Shown: piece by piece, positions 63,091 to 64,000 of the stretch
Layout of the letters: each line of letters begins with the position of its first letter
Position numbering within the stretch: the stretch's first letter is position 1
NCBI GenBank assembly: GCA_965217895.1
Contig: CBDCJV010000002.1
Span: 4,928,001 to 4,992,000 of the forward strand
Direction of reading: 5' to 3'
From: Waterburya sp.
GTDB taxonomy: Bacteria > Cyanobacteriota > Cyanobacteriia > Cyanobacteriales > Xenococcaceae
DNA: 64,000 nt
Made by a program: the position numbers and the translations under genes
Notes under the pieces: generated by a model
Seen by the model: only the letters and a program-made list of their open reading frames with translations
What the model was told of the DNA's origin: nothing
Database searches by the model: none

Positions 63091-63846
63091 ATGAGCCTAG
63101 AGTCAGTCACTTTGCGACAACTTCCTATAGATTTAATCTCTGACCTTTTGCCCCAGCACGTAGCGGTAATTATGGACGGTAATGGTCGCTGGGCAAAAAA
63201 TCAAGGCAAGCCTCGCATTGTAGGTCATCAAAAAGGTGTCGATACGTTAAAAGATTTGTTACGCTGCTGCAAAGACTGGGGCATTCCTGCTTTAACTGCC
63301 TATGCTTTTTCAACAGAAAACTGGGGTAGACCTCGTGGGGAAGTACAGTTTTTGATGACCTTATTTGAGCGGGTGCTAAGGCGAGAACTTGAGGAAATGA
63401 AAGAAGAAAATGTCAAAATTCGCTTTGTAGGCAATTTAGAAGATTTGCCGACCTCTCTACGCCAAGAAATAGATCGCTCGATGGAAGACACTAAACATAA
63501 TCAGGGAACTCAGTTTACCGTGGCAACTAACTATGGTGGCAGACATGAAATTATTCAAGCCTGTCAGGCGATCGCCAAAAAAGTAGAACAAGGGTACTTA
63601 AAAGCAAATCAGGTTAACGAAGATTTATTTGAACAACATTTATACACTCAGGGAATCCCTCATCCAGATCTTTTGATTCGTACCAGTGGTGAGATGCGAA
63701 TTAGTAATTTTTTGCTTTGGCAAGTAGCTTATGCGGAAATTTATGTTACTTCTACTCTTTGGCCAGATTTTGATCGAATTGAGTTTCACAAGGCTTTAGC
63801 CACCTATCAGCAAAGAGATAGACGCTTTGGCAAAGTGAAGACTTAA
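63091..63846 (+). CDS. uppS: undecaprenyl diphosphate synthase
   Basis: [35 protein letters not shown]. Confidence 0.96.
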   Translation: MSLESVTLRQLPIDLISDLLPQHVAVIMDGNGRWAKNQGKPRIVGHQKGVDTLKDLLRCCKDWGIPALTAYAFSTENWGRPRGEVQFLMTLFERVLRRELEEMKEENVKIRFVGNLEDLPTSLRQEIDRSMEDTKHNQGTQFTVATNYGGRHEIIQACQAIAKKVEQGYLKANQVNEDLFEQHLYTQGIPHPDLLIRTSGEMRISNFLLWQVAYAEIYVTSTLWPDFDRIEFHKALATYQQRDRRFGKVKT

Positions 63847-63854
63847 GTAAGCGA

Positions 63855-64000
63855 CTAACTATTTTGTTGCTTAAGATATGCAAATACAGACTTGTCGCCA
63901 ATATCAGGGTCGATCGCCTGAATCATTTTTCTCACAGCAAAGACGCTAAAGCCGATTGACCAGATTCCTAGTAATGTCTGTTCTATTTCCACAGGAATAA
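63855..64000 (-). CDS. DUF2301-like membrane protein, 3' end (partial)
   Basis: Manual translation ...VRKMIQAIDPDIGDKSVFAYLKQQNS*. Confidence 0.65.
   Translation of the reverse strand, partial: IPVEIEQTLLGIWSIGFSVFAVRKMIQAIDPDIGDKSVFAYLKQQNS

Noticed and set aside
806..63491. Many short ORFs nested in or antisense to called genes
   Set aside because: Alternative-frame shadows without motifs or RBS
1..64000. CRISPR array, cas genes or rRNA
   Set aside because: No repeat-spacer periodicity, cas motifs or rRNA sequence seen; the repeats are heptamers, MITEs and HIP1

Overview
A 64-kb AT-rich window from a cyanobacterial chromosome. The evidence is abundant HIP1 GCGATCGC octamers, a split-intein dnaE-c, and the cyanobacterial clpC/rimI/lysA-cdaA-uppS neighbourhood. 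It has four parts. (1) 1-17.4 kb is a stress/redox/glucan cluster: three SDRs, AKR, VOC, gluconolactonase, cupin, DoxX, an atypical Mo-bisPGD oxidoreductase with ferritin-like and HPP partners, glycogen debranching enzyme and GH15. (2) 17.5-32 kb holds core genes, a probable 6S RNA and tRNA-Ser(CGA). (3) 32-41 kb is a decaying mobile island: an IS interrupted by a 232-bp repeat-armed element, RES and VapBC toxin-antitoxin pairs, a Cys-rich gene plus a kleisin(ScpA)-like pseudogene, a degenerate serine resolvase, relaxase/mobC, a truncated 2OG-Fe(II) oxygenase, a frameshifted GT2 and an IS1 remnant. (4) 41-64 kb holds chaperone, signalling and core genes. The most unusual signals are a nested set of tiny mobile repeats (MITEs carrying heptamer arrays, covarying cloverleaf elements, a 21-nt insert in a HIP1 site inside a gene), the island-borne kleisin-like module, and the Mo-enzyme operon. 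All calls come from reading motifs by eye; no searches were run.
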